From Bdellovibrionales bacterium (GTDB lineage Bacteria > Bdellovibrionota > Bdellovibrionia > Bdellovibrionales > JAMPXM01): a stretch of DNA of 64,000 nt. Below are positions 1 to 8,804 of the stretch, piece by piece. Position 1 is the first letter of the stretch, and every line of letters starts with the position of its first letter. The DNA is taken from contig JAYUEN010000332.1 in assembly GCA_043739185.1 (NCBI GenBank), forward strand, positions 32,001 through 96,000, read 5' to 3'. The translations under genes and the position numbers were made by a program. The notes beneath the pieces were generated by a model. It searched no databases, was not told the origin of the DNA, and saw nothing but the letters and a program-made list of their open reading frames with translations.

Positions 1-51
1 AGAATTGCCAGCCTGAGAATTTTGCGAAGTTTGACTATCGGTATTGATCAT
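1..51 (-). CDS. 5' fragment of the next gene, probably NuoC/NuoCD (runs off window)
   Basis: ATG at 51 overlaps the nuoB end and the frame stays open to the window edge ([17 protein letters not shown]); identity inferred only from usual nuo gene order. Confidence 0.4.
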   Translation of the reverse strand, partial: MINTDSQTSQNSQAGNS

Positions 52-598
52 AATTCGGCGCCTTCCAATTATCTTTCCACGGACGTGGTTTGTGTTCTGC
101 AATCATTCTTTGAAGAGTCATAATTCCGTCGAGTACGGCCTCAGGAGTTGGTGGGCATCCTGGAACAAAAACATCAACCGGAACAACGCGGTCTATACCC
201 TGAAGAACATGGTAGGAGCGATAAAAGCCGCCCGAACTCGCGCATGCGCCCATCGAAATTACATATTTTGGATCAAGCATCTGTTGGTAAATATGAACCA
301 GGACTGGCGCCATTTTTTCAGTAATGGTTCCGGCAACAAGCAACAGATCTGCCTGGCGAGGAGAAAATCTCACCACCTCGGCACCAAATCTAGCGAGATC
401 ATATTTCGGACCCATCACACTCATGAGTTCGATTCCGCAACAGGCAGTTCCGTAGGGCATCGGCCAGAGAGAATTTTTTCTGCCCCAGGCGACAAGATCA
501 TCGAGCTTCGTAGCAAAGGCAAAGGACTTCGATAGTTCATCGATGCTGTGATCTACTTTGGGATCTTGATTTGAGTTGACCGGATTTGCAGAGCTCAT
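35..598 (-). CDS. nuoB: NADH-quinone oxidoreductase subunit B
   Basis: [23 protein letters not shown] and PGCPPTPE Fe-S motifs; ATG at 598 chosen over the ORF start at 622. Confidence 0.95.
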   Translation of the reverse strand: MSSANPVNSNQDPKVDHSIDELSKSFAFATKLDDLVAWGRKNSLWPMPYGTACCGIELMSVMGPKYDLARFGAEVVRFSPRQADLLLVAGTITEKMAPVLVHIYQQMLDPKYVISMGACASSGGFYRSYHVLQGIDRVVPVDVFVPGCPPTPEAVLDGIMTLQRMIAEHKPRPWKDNWKAPNYDQYR

Positions 599-828
599 GA
601 GTAACCTCAATTTAATGGGCAAAATAAATTTGCCAATTCAATAAAAATGCCGCGTACCTATCTAAGTACGTATTAACATAGCTTAAACCCGAAGAATCTC
701 AATGAAAATGGAATGAGAATATGGGATTTTGGGAGCTTGCGTCTGATCACAGGATTAATGTTTGAAATCGTCCTCCCTTGCTGACTAGACTATTCGTATA
801 GCAATTTTACGAAATGCACGGAGGCATT

Positions 829-2331
829 ATGAAGTTTTTTGCCAGTTCTTTGGTTTATTTTCTGGGCGGTATAGTTTTAGTGTGTTGTGCTTTTTCTCAA
901 AGCGCTCAGGCCACAGCGGACCCAAATGATGTCTTAGTGAAATTCAAAAGCCATAAGGCATTGATTCAATATTCAGCAGTGGGCCTTAGAAGTGGCATTT
1001 CGATCGAAAATCTCGGCTTTGCCAATTGGGCACATATTCAATTGCCCGCAGGAAGCAGCGGCCTTTTTAATATTGATAATCTAAAAAGTAATCCGCAAAT
1101 TTTGAAGATTCAGCCAAATTTCAAACTTCATTTAATCGAAGATTATGCGAATTCAGGGGTACTTCAGGACCCCAACTATTTATTAGAATTAATTAAACTA
1201 AGTCAGAATCAAGCTCCTGCCCCCCTTGATAAACCCGACCTACCGGTTTTAATTTCGAGCACCGGTGGCAGTGGCGAAGATCCACTCTTCAAAAACCAAT
1301 GGGGCATGCAAGACATAGGTGCAAAGTCTGCTTGGAAGCAAGCACGCGGCAAAGGAGTCATTGTTGCTGTAATTGATACTGGCGTCGATTATACTCACGA
1401 AGACTTACTTGATAATATGTGGAGAAACGAAGGCGAAATCGGCTTTGATAATCAGGGCCACGACAAGTCTAAAAATGGCGTGGATGACGACGGCAACGGA
1501 TATATCGACGACGTCATGGCTTGGGATTTTTCAGACAATGACAATAAGCCTTATGACGTTCACGGCCAACTACTTGATGTCATCCTAAAAGGCGAAAACC
1601 CTGGGCATGGCACACATTGCGCTGGCAATGTTGCGGCACGCGCCGACAATGGCAAGGGAACCTCGGGCGTCGCTCCTCTTGCGCAAATTATGCCACTGCG
1701 TTTTATCAGCAAAGCTGGTCAAGGTACGACTGCGGGTGCTATCCAAGCTATCATGTACGCCATCAATAATGGCGCAAAGGTATTATCTAATTCTTGGGGC
1801 TCTGAAGGTGAAGATCCAAAAGAAGCTGGCGACAATCAAGCGCTAAAAGAAGTTATTACCGGCGGTCAAGAAAAAGGTGTTCTCTTTATTTTCGCTGCGG
1901 GCAACGGACATGCAGGCGTAGGCTATGACAATGATTCGGACCCCAAGCCCGGAGTTCCAGCCAGTTACCCAATTGAAAACATCATAAGTGTTGCAGCCAT
2001 TGATAAAGACAATAATCTCGGAAAGTTTTCAAATTGGGGCCTGCATAGCGTTCATATCGCAGCCCCTGGTGTACAAGTTTTTTCAACAACCGTGGGAAAT
2101 ACCTATTCAGATACCATCATTGATTTTCTCGGAATGAAAGCAACTTGGGATGGAACTTCAATGGCAGCACCGCATGTATCAGGAGCCGCTGCACTCTACT
2201 GGTCAAAATATCCAGATGCCAATTGGCGCGTGGTAAAAAAGGCCATCTTAGATTCAGCAACACCCATTGACAGCATGAAGGGCAAATCCATTTCTGGCGG
2301 CAAGCTCAACGTCGAAAAACTACTAAAGTAA
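829..2331 (+). CDS. Secreted subtilisin-family (S8) serine protease
   Basis: Signal peptide; catalytic motifs VIDTG, HGTH, GTSMA; GGAGG RBS before ATG 829. Confidence 0.93.
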   Translation: MKFFASSLVYFLGGIVLVCCAFSQSAQATADPNDVLVKFKSHKALIQYSAVGLRSGISIENLGFANWAHIQLPAGSSGLFNIDNLKSNPQILKIQPNFKLHLIEDYANSGVLQDPNYLLELIKLSQNQAPAPLDKPDLPVLISSTGGSGEDPLFKNQWGMQDIGAKSAWKQARGKGVIVAVIDTGVDYTHEDLLDNMWRNEGEIGFDNQGHDKSKNGVDDDGNGYIDDVMAWDFSDNDNKPYDVHGQLLDVILKGENPGHGTHCAGNVAARADNGKGTSGVAPLAQIMPLRFISKAGQGTTAGAIQAIMYAINNGAKVLSNSWGSEGEDPKEAGDNQALKEVITGGQEKGVLFIFAAGNGHAGVGYDNDSDPKPGVPASYPIENIISVAAIDKDNNLGKFSNWGLHSVHIAAPGVQVFSTTVGNTYSDTIIDFLGMKATWDGTSMAAPHVSGAAALYWSKYPDANWRVVKKAILDSATPIDSMKGKSISGGKLNVEKLLK

Positions 2332-2347
2332 AAATTATTTTCATCTT

Positions 2348-2370
2348 GAGCCCAACCCCGAGTTGGGCTC
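2348..2370 (+). terminator. Hairpin downstream of the subtilase, possible terminator
   Basis: GAGCCCAAC-cccga-GTTGGGCTC 9-bp stem; no clear U-tract. Confidence 0.4.
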
Positions 2371-2460
2371 ACATCGGACCATCTGCCGCGCCAAAATTGT
2401 CGCGCTTTTGTCAAGATTTCACGTTCCATTTCCTATAGGCAGGCAGAGCTTAGCTTAAGC

Positions 2461-2476
2461 TGGCGCATGGCTTGCT
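2461..2476 (+). promoter_or_regulatory. sigma54 (RpoN) -24/-12 promoter
   Basis: TGGCGC-ATGGC-TTGCT matches TGGCAC-N5-TTGC spacing; 32 bp before ATG 2509. Confidence 0.7.
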
Positions 2477-2508
2477 CTAATCACCCCTGAGCCAAGGGGG
2501 CTTAAAAA

Positions 2509-3528
2509 ATGGGTATGGGTTTCAAAGTCTTGATTTTGTATTCTTGCCTGCTTGGCATTCTTGCCCAAGCTGAAGAAATCAATATTCACGAAAACTTATT
2601 TGCCAAAACCAATCTTCAAAATGAGTTGCGCGAAGAAGCTGTTCGCATCGAAACCTCAACTAACAATGATCCCTCAAATGATCCAGCACATGATCCTACT
2701 GCGGTGCTTTATCTTTTAAGTGCTTCAGGCAAGCGACTTCCGGTTCATTTTGTTGAGCCAAGCGATCGCAAAAAAGTAAGCTTTGTTTTTATTGGTGGCC
2801 TTGATTCTGATATTGATAGCTTTAAAAAAATTGAGGACGGCCTGATACCACTAGGTTATGGCTCAATCCGAATTGAATTAAAGGGTCAGGGCAGACTCGT
2901 CTCGAATTCTCCTTTGATTGAGCCTATTCAGGTTTCAGATCAAGCAAAAGATTTGATTTCAGTTCTCAATCAACTCAATATTGACAAGAGTCGCATGGCC
3001 CTTGTCGGCTACTCATACGGAGCGAGCGTCAGCATTCAAACAGCGATTTATTTACACGAAACCGCCCCTGAGAAAATCGCCTCACTTGATTTGATCAATC
3101 CACTTTTACAAGACGAGAACTACGGAACAGATTTTAGTTCAGTTTTTATACGACTTAAGAATATTTCTGGTCCTACTCCAAGCCGTGAACTTCCGCCTAT
3201 TGAGCTTCTTAAGCAGTTGAGTCTGTCGGGCGAATTTGCAAGCCAAACCGATGGGGCTTTTAATTTAGCAGAGGTCACATCGGCCTATAATTTATTTAGT
3301 GGCCTTAGCAATGATCTGGCCGATAGTTTATTGTCAATCAATACAAAAGTAAATTTCTTTGATGGCCTTGCAGATTTGGTTTTGCCAGCAATCGATAAAA
3401 CCAATCTCTTTGAGAGAGTTTTGATCAGAAATCGTGGTTCTTATTATCGCGCCGAGGGCGTGTCCCACCGGGCGCCTGAAGAATCACCTGCTGAAGTGAT
3501 TCGCTTTTTAGTTGAAGCCAACCCTTGA
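2509..3528 (+). CDS. Exported alpha/beta-fold hydrolase
   Basis: N-terminal signal peptide; ELKGQG, GYSYG nucleophile elbow, C-terminal Asp/His candidates (DLVLP, SHRAPEE). Confidence 0.8.
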   Translation: MGMGFKVLILYSCLLGILAQAEEINIHENLFAKTNLQNELREEAVRIETSTNNDPSNDPAHDPTAVLYLLSASGKRLPVHFVEPSDRKKVSFVFIGGLDSDIDSFKKIEDGLIPLGYGSIRIELKGQGRLVSNSPLIEPIQVSDQAKDLISVLNQLNIDKSRMALVGYSYGASVSIQTAIYLHETAPEKIASLDLINPLLQDENYGTDFSSVFIRLKNISGPTPSRELPPIELLKQLSLSGEFASQTDGAFNLAEVTSAYNLFSGLSNDLADSLLSINTKVNFFDGLADLVLPAIDKTNLFERVLIRNRGSYYRAEGVSHRAPEESPAEVIRFLVEANP

Positions 3529-3535
3529 TGGGATG

Positions 3536-4201
3536 CTATTCATCCTTCAAATCTTTGAAGTTTGCGTAATTCCGCTCGGAAAGTCGTTGTTGCTTTTTCC
3601 ATTTAGTTACTTCTTGTTCGTAGCTCACTTTCTTTTCATTTAGGGCCTTTTGATCTTTTTGAGCTTGTCCGAGCTTTTCAAGCAATGCCTTTTCGAGATC
3701 AACTATTTCCTGATGATGATTTTGCCAGTTGCCTTGTTCAGCCTCCATACTTTGAAGTTTCGCTTGGTATGCCGTTATATTTTCTGCCCGCTTGAGCTGA
3801 TTTGCTTCTAACTTTGCAAGTGATGCCTTCAAGTCTTCAATTTGCTTTTTTTCAAGATCCATTTTATCTTGTTCGGATTTCATAAATCCTTGTACCTGCT
3901 TTTTTGAGGATTCGACTCCGGACTTTCCCTTTTGAGAGTCCTCTAACTGTTTTCGAATCGCCAGCTTTTGCTTTTCGAGCTGCTTGAGCGCCGATTGAGT
4001 TTCTTTAATATTCTGATCTACAATTTTAAGATTGTCCTCGTATTGCTTGAGATTCACTTTGCTCGAGCTCACATTTTCTTTTAACTGAACGACCTTTTCA
4101 GAAATATTGGTTTCTCCGCTTGCTGAAGCGGCGAGGCAAAGAATACCCACTATCGTATAACTCATGGCGATTATTTTAGAATGTAGATTTGATTTTTTCA
4201 C
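3536..4201 (-). CDS. Exported coiled-coil hypothetical protein
   Basis: Signal-like N-terminus, K/E/Q-rich heptad pattern; overlaps the upstream gene by 4 bp. Confidence 0.75.
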   Translation of the reverse strand: MKKSNLHSKIIAMSYTIVGILCLAASASGETNISEKVVQLKENVSSSKVNLKQYEDNLKIVDQNIKETQSALKQLEKQKLAIRKQLEDSQKGKSGVESSKKQVQGFMKSEQDKMDLEKKQIEDLKASLAKLEANQLKRAENITAYQAKLQSMEAEQGNWQNHHQEIVDLEKALLEKLGQAQKDQKALNEKKVSYEQEVTKWKKQQRLSERNYANFKDLKDE

Positions 4202-6678
4202 TGGTCTCCTCCGTTACGAGCTTGCTTGCTGTCTGGACAATTATTTTTAAGTGAAGATCGGTAGTGGCCAATTTCATCTTCCCAGTATTCCCCATCGAAA
4301 TCCCATTGAAGACTTTTTGATTTCGGCATCACACTTGCCGGAACCCGATTCGATTTTTCGCCGCCGGCAACTTGAAAACGAATATTTTCTCCGCTGCCAG
4401 AGTAGACTTCATAACGTAGCAGTTCATTATTGTCTAAAATTCGAATGAGATCTTCTTTCATATTGGTTAAGCGCTTCTTCAAAGTAATTTCAAGATCTGT
4501 TTTACTTGAAGCAATTCTCTCTTCAGCCAACTTAACCGATTCAGCCCGGTAGGCTGAAACTGCTTTCTTGGCATCATTGAAAAGGTCGATTTGAAAAAAC
4601 TGCGAGTTGAGATTTTTAAACTCGCGCTCGAGTTCACTCTCGAGATCGTGTTTCAGTTCTGCTTGAGCCGCAATATTTCCGATTGCAATCAGTTGCTTCT
4701 TGACCACTTCGATTCGAGTTCGAGACTTTGTAATGGTCGCCTGAGCTCTTGCTAAACTGGTTTCAACGTCTTTGTCTAAACGAGCGTAAATATCGCGTTC
4801 CTCGGCTTGACGATTCAAGGCCAATTGGCGGACCAAGAAATCTTTATGCCTTGCCATTTCACGAATGATCGGGCCGGGCAAGCCATCAGTTTCACTTGAG
4901 GTTTTCGAAGTAATATAGGTTTTAACAGTTTGATAAACTGCGTGGCCCCCACTGGTCTGATAGGCAACCATCTTATCAAAATAGGGCCGATACATTTTCT
5001 CAAGCACGCTCAAGGTTTTGTAGGCATCGCCATATTGACATAGATTCAGGTACCCAATGGTACGAATGACATAACTCTCAGGTTTATAAACCGCATTGAA
5101 AAACGGCGACTGCACCGAATACATATTGCCAATGGCCCCGCTAAAGTCAGACATTTCTAACTGTGACCATCCCATTTCGGTTAAACTTTGAACCCACAAA
5201 GGATGATCTTTTGAAACCTTCAAAAAGTTCTCACGGGCTTCTTTGAATTTCTTTTCTTGAAATTGCATTCGGGCCAAATTCAATGCAACCAAGGCTTGAA
5301 ATTCTTCGTTTTTCTTTTCGAGTGAAAGTTGTTTTATAAGCCCTTCTTGAATTTGTAGCGCTTTCGAACGATCACCAATTTCATACTCGGCCAAAGCTCT
5401 TAAAAATTGCGCCTCTAAATACTTAGGATGTTTTTCAGGCACCAATTGCGCATAACTTAGTGTGGTTTTGAATCGCTCTGTTTTGGCGCCAAAATTCGCC
5501 AATATATAATAGACATTCCCTTTTACTATAGGATCTACGTCTTCAAACGCCTTTTTATTTGATGAGAGTTTAAATAATGCCTTACCGAGGCCATCAATTA
5601 CTTCGGGAGGAACATCTTGGCTCAATTCTTTAAAAAGCTTTTTGCTATAATGCAGGTCTTCAGCTTCAAAGACTCGTCGTGCTTTCTCATAAAAATCAGT
5701 CATAAGCCCCAGCTGTTTTGAACACATTGAAAGGTAGTAATTTCCTTCGCTCTCATAAAATGGCGTTTTAGTAAGTGGATGAAACAAACTCACCGCCACG
5801 GCACAACGATCGCCTTGCTTGAAAAGTAGAATACCATTTAAGAGACGCGTTTCTTCAGTCGTAAGCGGAAGGTATTTAACAAGCTTGAGAGGTGATTCAA
5901 TACCTGAGAGCCACTTTAATTTATCAAGCTCAGCATGAGATATCGGTGTGAAATGAGCAGGAGTCATCTTTGCGAATTGTGAATTGGGCAAAGCCGCTGA
6001 AATCTTAGTTAGTCCTTGTACCTCTTTATCCGTCAAGGTCTCAGGAGTCGACAGAGGTGCAACAGCAAAGTCTGAAAATTTCTTTTGAAAACTATCAGAC
6101 AAAGCGTAACTTTGTGCACTTATCTTAACTTCTTTGTTGATTTCTAAATAGGGAATTTTTGAGCTCGAGATTTCATAAGTCTCAACGCCTGCCTTATTTG
6201 ATGCTAGGTTTTTAACGACATCATGTGTTTTCATTGGAGCCTGGACTTGCACAAGCGGAGCGCTCGGAGCCGTCCACACACTCGAATTATCTGAGCTTGG
6301 ATTTCGTTTCAAATTTTGCGCCGTTGCAGCCGCCGGTGGTTGTGTTACTGCAACTGGCTTGGCTTGAATTGAGGCTGGCTTTTCATTTCCAAAGAAAAAA
6401 TTCTTTACTTGAGAAATAACTTTTGCCGTGACAGATGCCGGCGCCTGACTCTGAAGGCTTGATACTTTGGCTGGACTTGCTTGAAGCGCTTGAGACTCTT
6501 TGGTAGATGAAGTCACAACGGAATCAAGGGTGCGGACCGCACGCTCTTGGTATGCCTGAGCCTTATAAACGCCGGCCGAGTCTTCATGGCGTGCGAATGT
6601 ATTCTGCGAATAAAATACGATAGCAAGGCTTAAACTCAAGCCCAAACTAAATAACATTTTCATATTCTGAGCTTTCAT
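4198..6678 (-). CDS. GltC-like periplasmic TPR protein
   Basis: Signal peptide, low-complexity N-region, TPR-like helices; AIGNMYSVQSPFF and WDFDGEYWEDEIGHY resemble myxobacterial GltC motifs. Confidence 0.7.
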   Translation of the reverse strand: MKAQNMKMLFSLGLSLSLAIVFYSQNTFARHEDSAGVYKAQAYQERAVRTLDSVVTSSTKESQALQASPAKVSSLQSQAPASVTAKVISQVKNFFFGNEKPASIQAKPVAVTQPPAAATAQNLKRNPSSDNSSVWTAPSAPLVQVQAPMKTHDVVKNLASNKAGVETYEISSSKIPYLEINKEVKISAQSYALSDSFQKKFSDFAVAPLSTPETLTDKEVQGLTKISAALPNSQFAKMTPAHFTPISHAELDKLKWLSGIESPLKLVKYLPLTTEETRLLNGILLFKQGDRCAVAVSLFHPLTKTPFYESEGNYYLSMCSKQLGLMTDFYEKARRVFEAEDLHYSKKLFKELSQDVPPEVIDGLGKALFKLSSNKKAFEDVDPIVKGNVYYILANFGAKTERFKTTLSYAQLVPEKHPKYLEAQFLRALAEYEIGDRSKALQIQEGLIKQLSLEKKNEEFQALVALNLARMQFQEKKFKEARENFLKVSKDHPLWVQSLTEMGWSQLEMSDFSGAIGNMYSVQSPFFNAVYKPESYVIRTIGYLNLCQYGDAYKTLSVLEKMYRPYFDKMVAYQTSGGHAVYQTVKTYITSKTSSETDGLPGPIIREMARHKDFLVRQLALNRQAEERDIYARLDKDVETSLARAQATITKSRTRIEVVKKQLIAIGNIAAQAELKHDLESELEREFKNLNSQFFQIDLFNDAKKAVSAYRAESVKLAEERIASSKTDLEITLKKRLTNMKEDLIRILDNNELLRYEVYSGSGENIRFQVAGGEKSNRVPASVMPKSKSLQWDFDGEYWEDEIGHYRSSLKNNCPDSKQARNGGDQ

Positions 6679-6693
6679 AAAATCTCTCTCAAA

Positions 6694-7518
6694 CTAAAAA
6701 AAGTAATCGATTCCAAACACTAAGTTCGTATCATGCGAAAATTCGGTTCGAAGACTATTATAGGGGGTCTTGTAACTAATCACGTCGGCATTGAACCAGC
6801 GATTTTGAAATTCACCGCGAATCGCAAAATTATTTGTCAGAAAAAAATGTTGAGTGACGTTGAGTGAAAAGGTGGGGGCCGATTTCCCGACGCTCGGGGC
6901 ATTGTTTCTCTGCTGTTCATATTGAGTCACTCCGAATCCAGGACTGAAAGCCATATCAAAATAAAGAATCTTGGTATTCATTAAACTCATTTTGGCATAG
7001 ATCGGAATCCAATTGTAATTCACTCCCATATAGCCAATAGTTCGGTCGAAGTCAGGACGAGTTCCATAGTCATTATTGAAAACGTTCACTGCATTATTAT
7101 CTTTGGTGATATTTCTTAAATACTGCAATTCAATTCCGGAGCGTTCATTTATAAAATACTGCACCGACAAATTATATGAAAAGCCATCTGAATACGCATC
7201 ATTGACAACTGGTCCGTAGGTCGCCGCAAATGCAAATCTCTTAGCTTTGGTGTAAGCGCGATTTTGCACGACAGAAAAATCGGTGTCCTTTGCTGACCAG
7301 TATTTTTTTTCTAAATCAGAAACGTCGAGCTTATCAGAATTTGCAGGTGTTGACACCGGAGCTGGTGTAGCTGCCGGAGCTGAAGCGCTCGCTTTTGAAT
7401 CTGCCGCAAAACTCGATTGTGCAGCAAAAACACCAGTTAAAACAAAAGCGCAACAAATGCGCGAATTGTTTTTTAACTTTGAAAAACTTTGCGATGCCAT
7501 GCCTGCCAACGATTTCAT
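6694..7518 (-). CDS. Outer-membrane beta-barrel protein, GltA/GltB/GltH-like
   Basis: Signal peptide, VVQNRAYTK motif, amphipathic strands, C-terminal GIDYFF. Confidence 0.7.
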   Translation of the reverse strand: MKSLAGMASQSFSKLKNNSRICCAFVLTGVFAAQSSFAADSKASASAPAATPAPVSTPANSDKLDVSDLEKKYWSAKDTDFSVVQNRAYTKAKRFAFAATYGPVVNDAYSDGFSYNLSVQYFINERSGIELQYLRNITKDNNAVNVFNNDYGTRPDFDRTIGYMGVNYNWIPIYAKMSLMNTKILYFDMAFSPGFGVTQYEQQRNNAPSVGKSAPTFSLNVTQHFFLTNNFAIRGEFQNRWFNADVISYKTPYNSLRTEFSHDTNLVFGIDYFF

Positions 7519-7539
7519 AAACTCTCCAGCCTGAGGTCT

Positions 7540-7803
7540 CTACTTAATGTAATAAGCCGACTCTTTAATGTTTTCGTCAAAATTGCGCCTAACTTTATAG
7601 AGCGGCATGAAGTCAATGCCTCGTTTTTGCACGAGATAGGCTCCATCTGGATTACGAACGACGCCGTCAATATTTGTCTCATCAAAATTTACATCTTGTG
7701 TCTTACGATACTTCACTGTCTTGGCTGAAACTGTAGAAGTTATTAACAGAGACGTGACCAGCAGAATCGTCCACAATGATTGGTTTGTGACTTTGGATTT
7801 CAT
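7540..7803 (-). CDS. GltF/CglF-like small exported protein
   Basis: Signal peptide then KTQDVNFDETNIDGVVRNPDG...LYKVRRNF resembling GltF; ATG 7803. Confidence 0.65.
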   Translation of the reverse strand: MKSKVTNQSLWTILLVTSLLITSTVSAKTVKYRKTQDVNFDETNIDGVVRNPDGAYLVQKRGIDFMPLYKVRRNFDENIKESAYYIK

Positions 7804-7813
7804 AATTCCCCCT

Positions 7814-8803
7814 TCAAGGCTTACTAGCAGCTCCACGCTTAGCTTTGGCCCCATCCGTTTTGGAAGCATTTTCGATTAATTTTTTAGAAAGGCTGGCTTC
7901 TAAAGATTTAATTTTCTCATTTAAATCAAGACTTGAATGTTCATGCACCTGACCTTTTGAAATCGCTTCTTTCAGTGCTTTGTAAACCGACAGGGCGAAC
8001 TCGATTTCTTTTTGCATATCTTCGTAAACCTGAGCCAGGCGAACTCGATTTTGCAAACTCTCAGGATGGGCAGAGACGGCCATTTCTAGGTCGTTTGCGG
8101 CACTCTTTGAATCTCCAAGGCGAATGGCACATTCAGCGCCGTCGACAAGGGCTGCGTAGTTCTTGCTATCAACGCTGAGTACTTCTTTGAATCTCTGATC
8201 TGCGGTTTTATAATCCAATTCATGATAAGCAATTTCAGCTAAAAACAATTTAGCATCAAACATTTTCTTATCTAGCTTTGCAGCTAAGTCCATTTCCTTA
8301 TAGGCAGCATCTTTTTGATCTAACGACCAAAGAATTCGACCCCGTTGGTATTGCAGAATCGCCACTTGCGAAGAGGCCTTTTTCAAAGCGAGATCAATCA
8401 TCCACAATGCTCGCGGCAAATCTTTTTCATATTCTGCGGCCAAACTCAGATAATAAGGACCCCAGGGTGAATCCACATTTGCTTTTACCAATTCCTGTGC
8501 GATGGATTCAACACTTAGCCATTGATTCGATTGCGCGCAATTATTAATACTTTCAAGAAGAGCCTTCCAATCACGACCCTTGAGCTCAGCAACTTGCAAG
8601 CAATGACCTGTCGATTTTGAAAAAACGAAGGGTTTAAATTCAAACGATTCAAAATAAAGATCGGTATTGATCTTTTTATGATCGCTGATCAAAGTTTTAG
8701 AAGGCGATGCCAAATGAGTTTCTTTCACTCCCTGATTGCTACAACCTAGAGTCAAAGCACCCACACAGATCGAATAGAATAAGCTTATGAGGGCTGATTT
8801 CAT
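7814..8803 (-). CDS. TPR lipoprotein, GltE-like
   Basis: Lipobox LTLGC, TPR-like repeats; lies between GltD-like and GltF-like genes. Confidence 0.65.
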   Translation of the reverse strand: MKSALISLFYSICVGALTLGCSNQGVKETHLASPSKTLISDHKKINTDLYFESFEFKPFVFSKSTGHCLQVAELKGRDWKALLESINNCAQSNQWLSVESIAQELVKANVDSPWGPYYLSLAAEYEKDLPRALWMIDLALKKASSQVAILQYQRGRILWSLDQKDAAYKEMDLAAKLDKKMFDAKLFLAEIAYHELDYKTADQRFKEVLSVDSKNYAALVDGAECAIRLGDSKSAANDLEMAVSAHPESLQNRVRLAQVYEDMQKEIEFALSVYKALKEAISKGQVHEHSSLDLNEKIKSLEASLSKKLIENASKTDGAKAKRGAASKP

Positions 8804-8804
8804 A

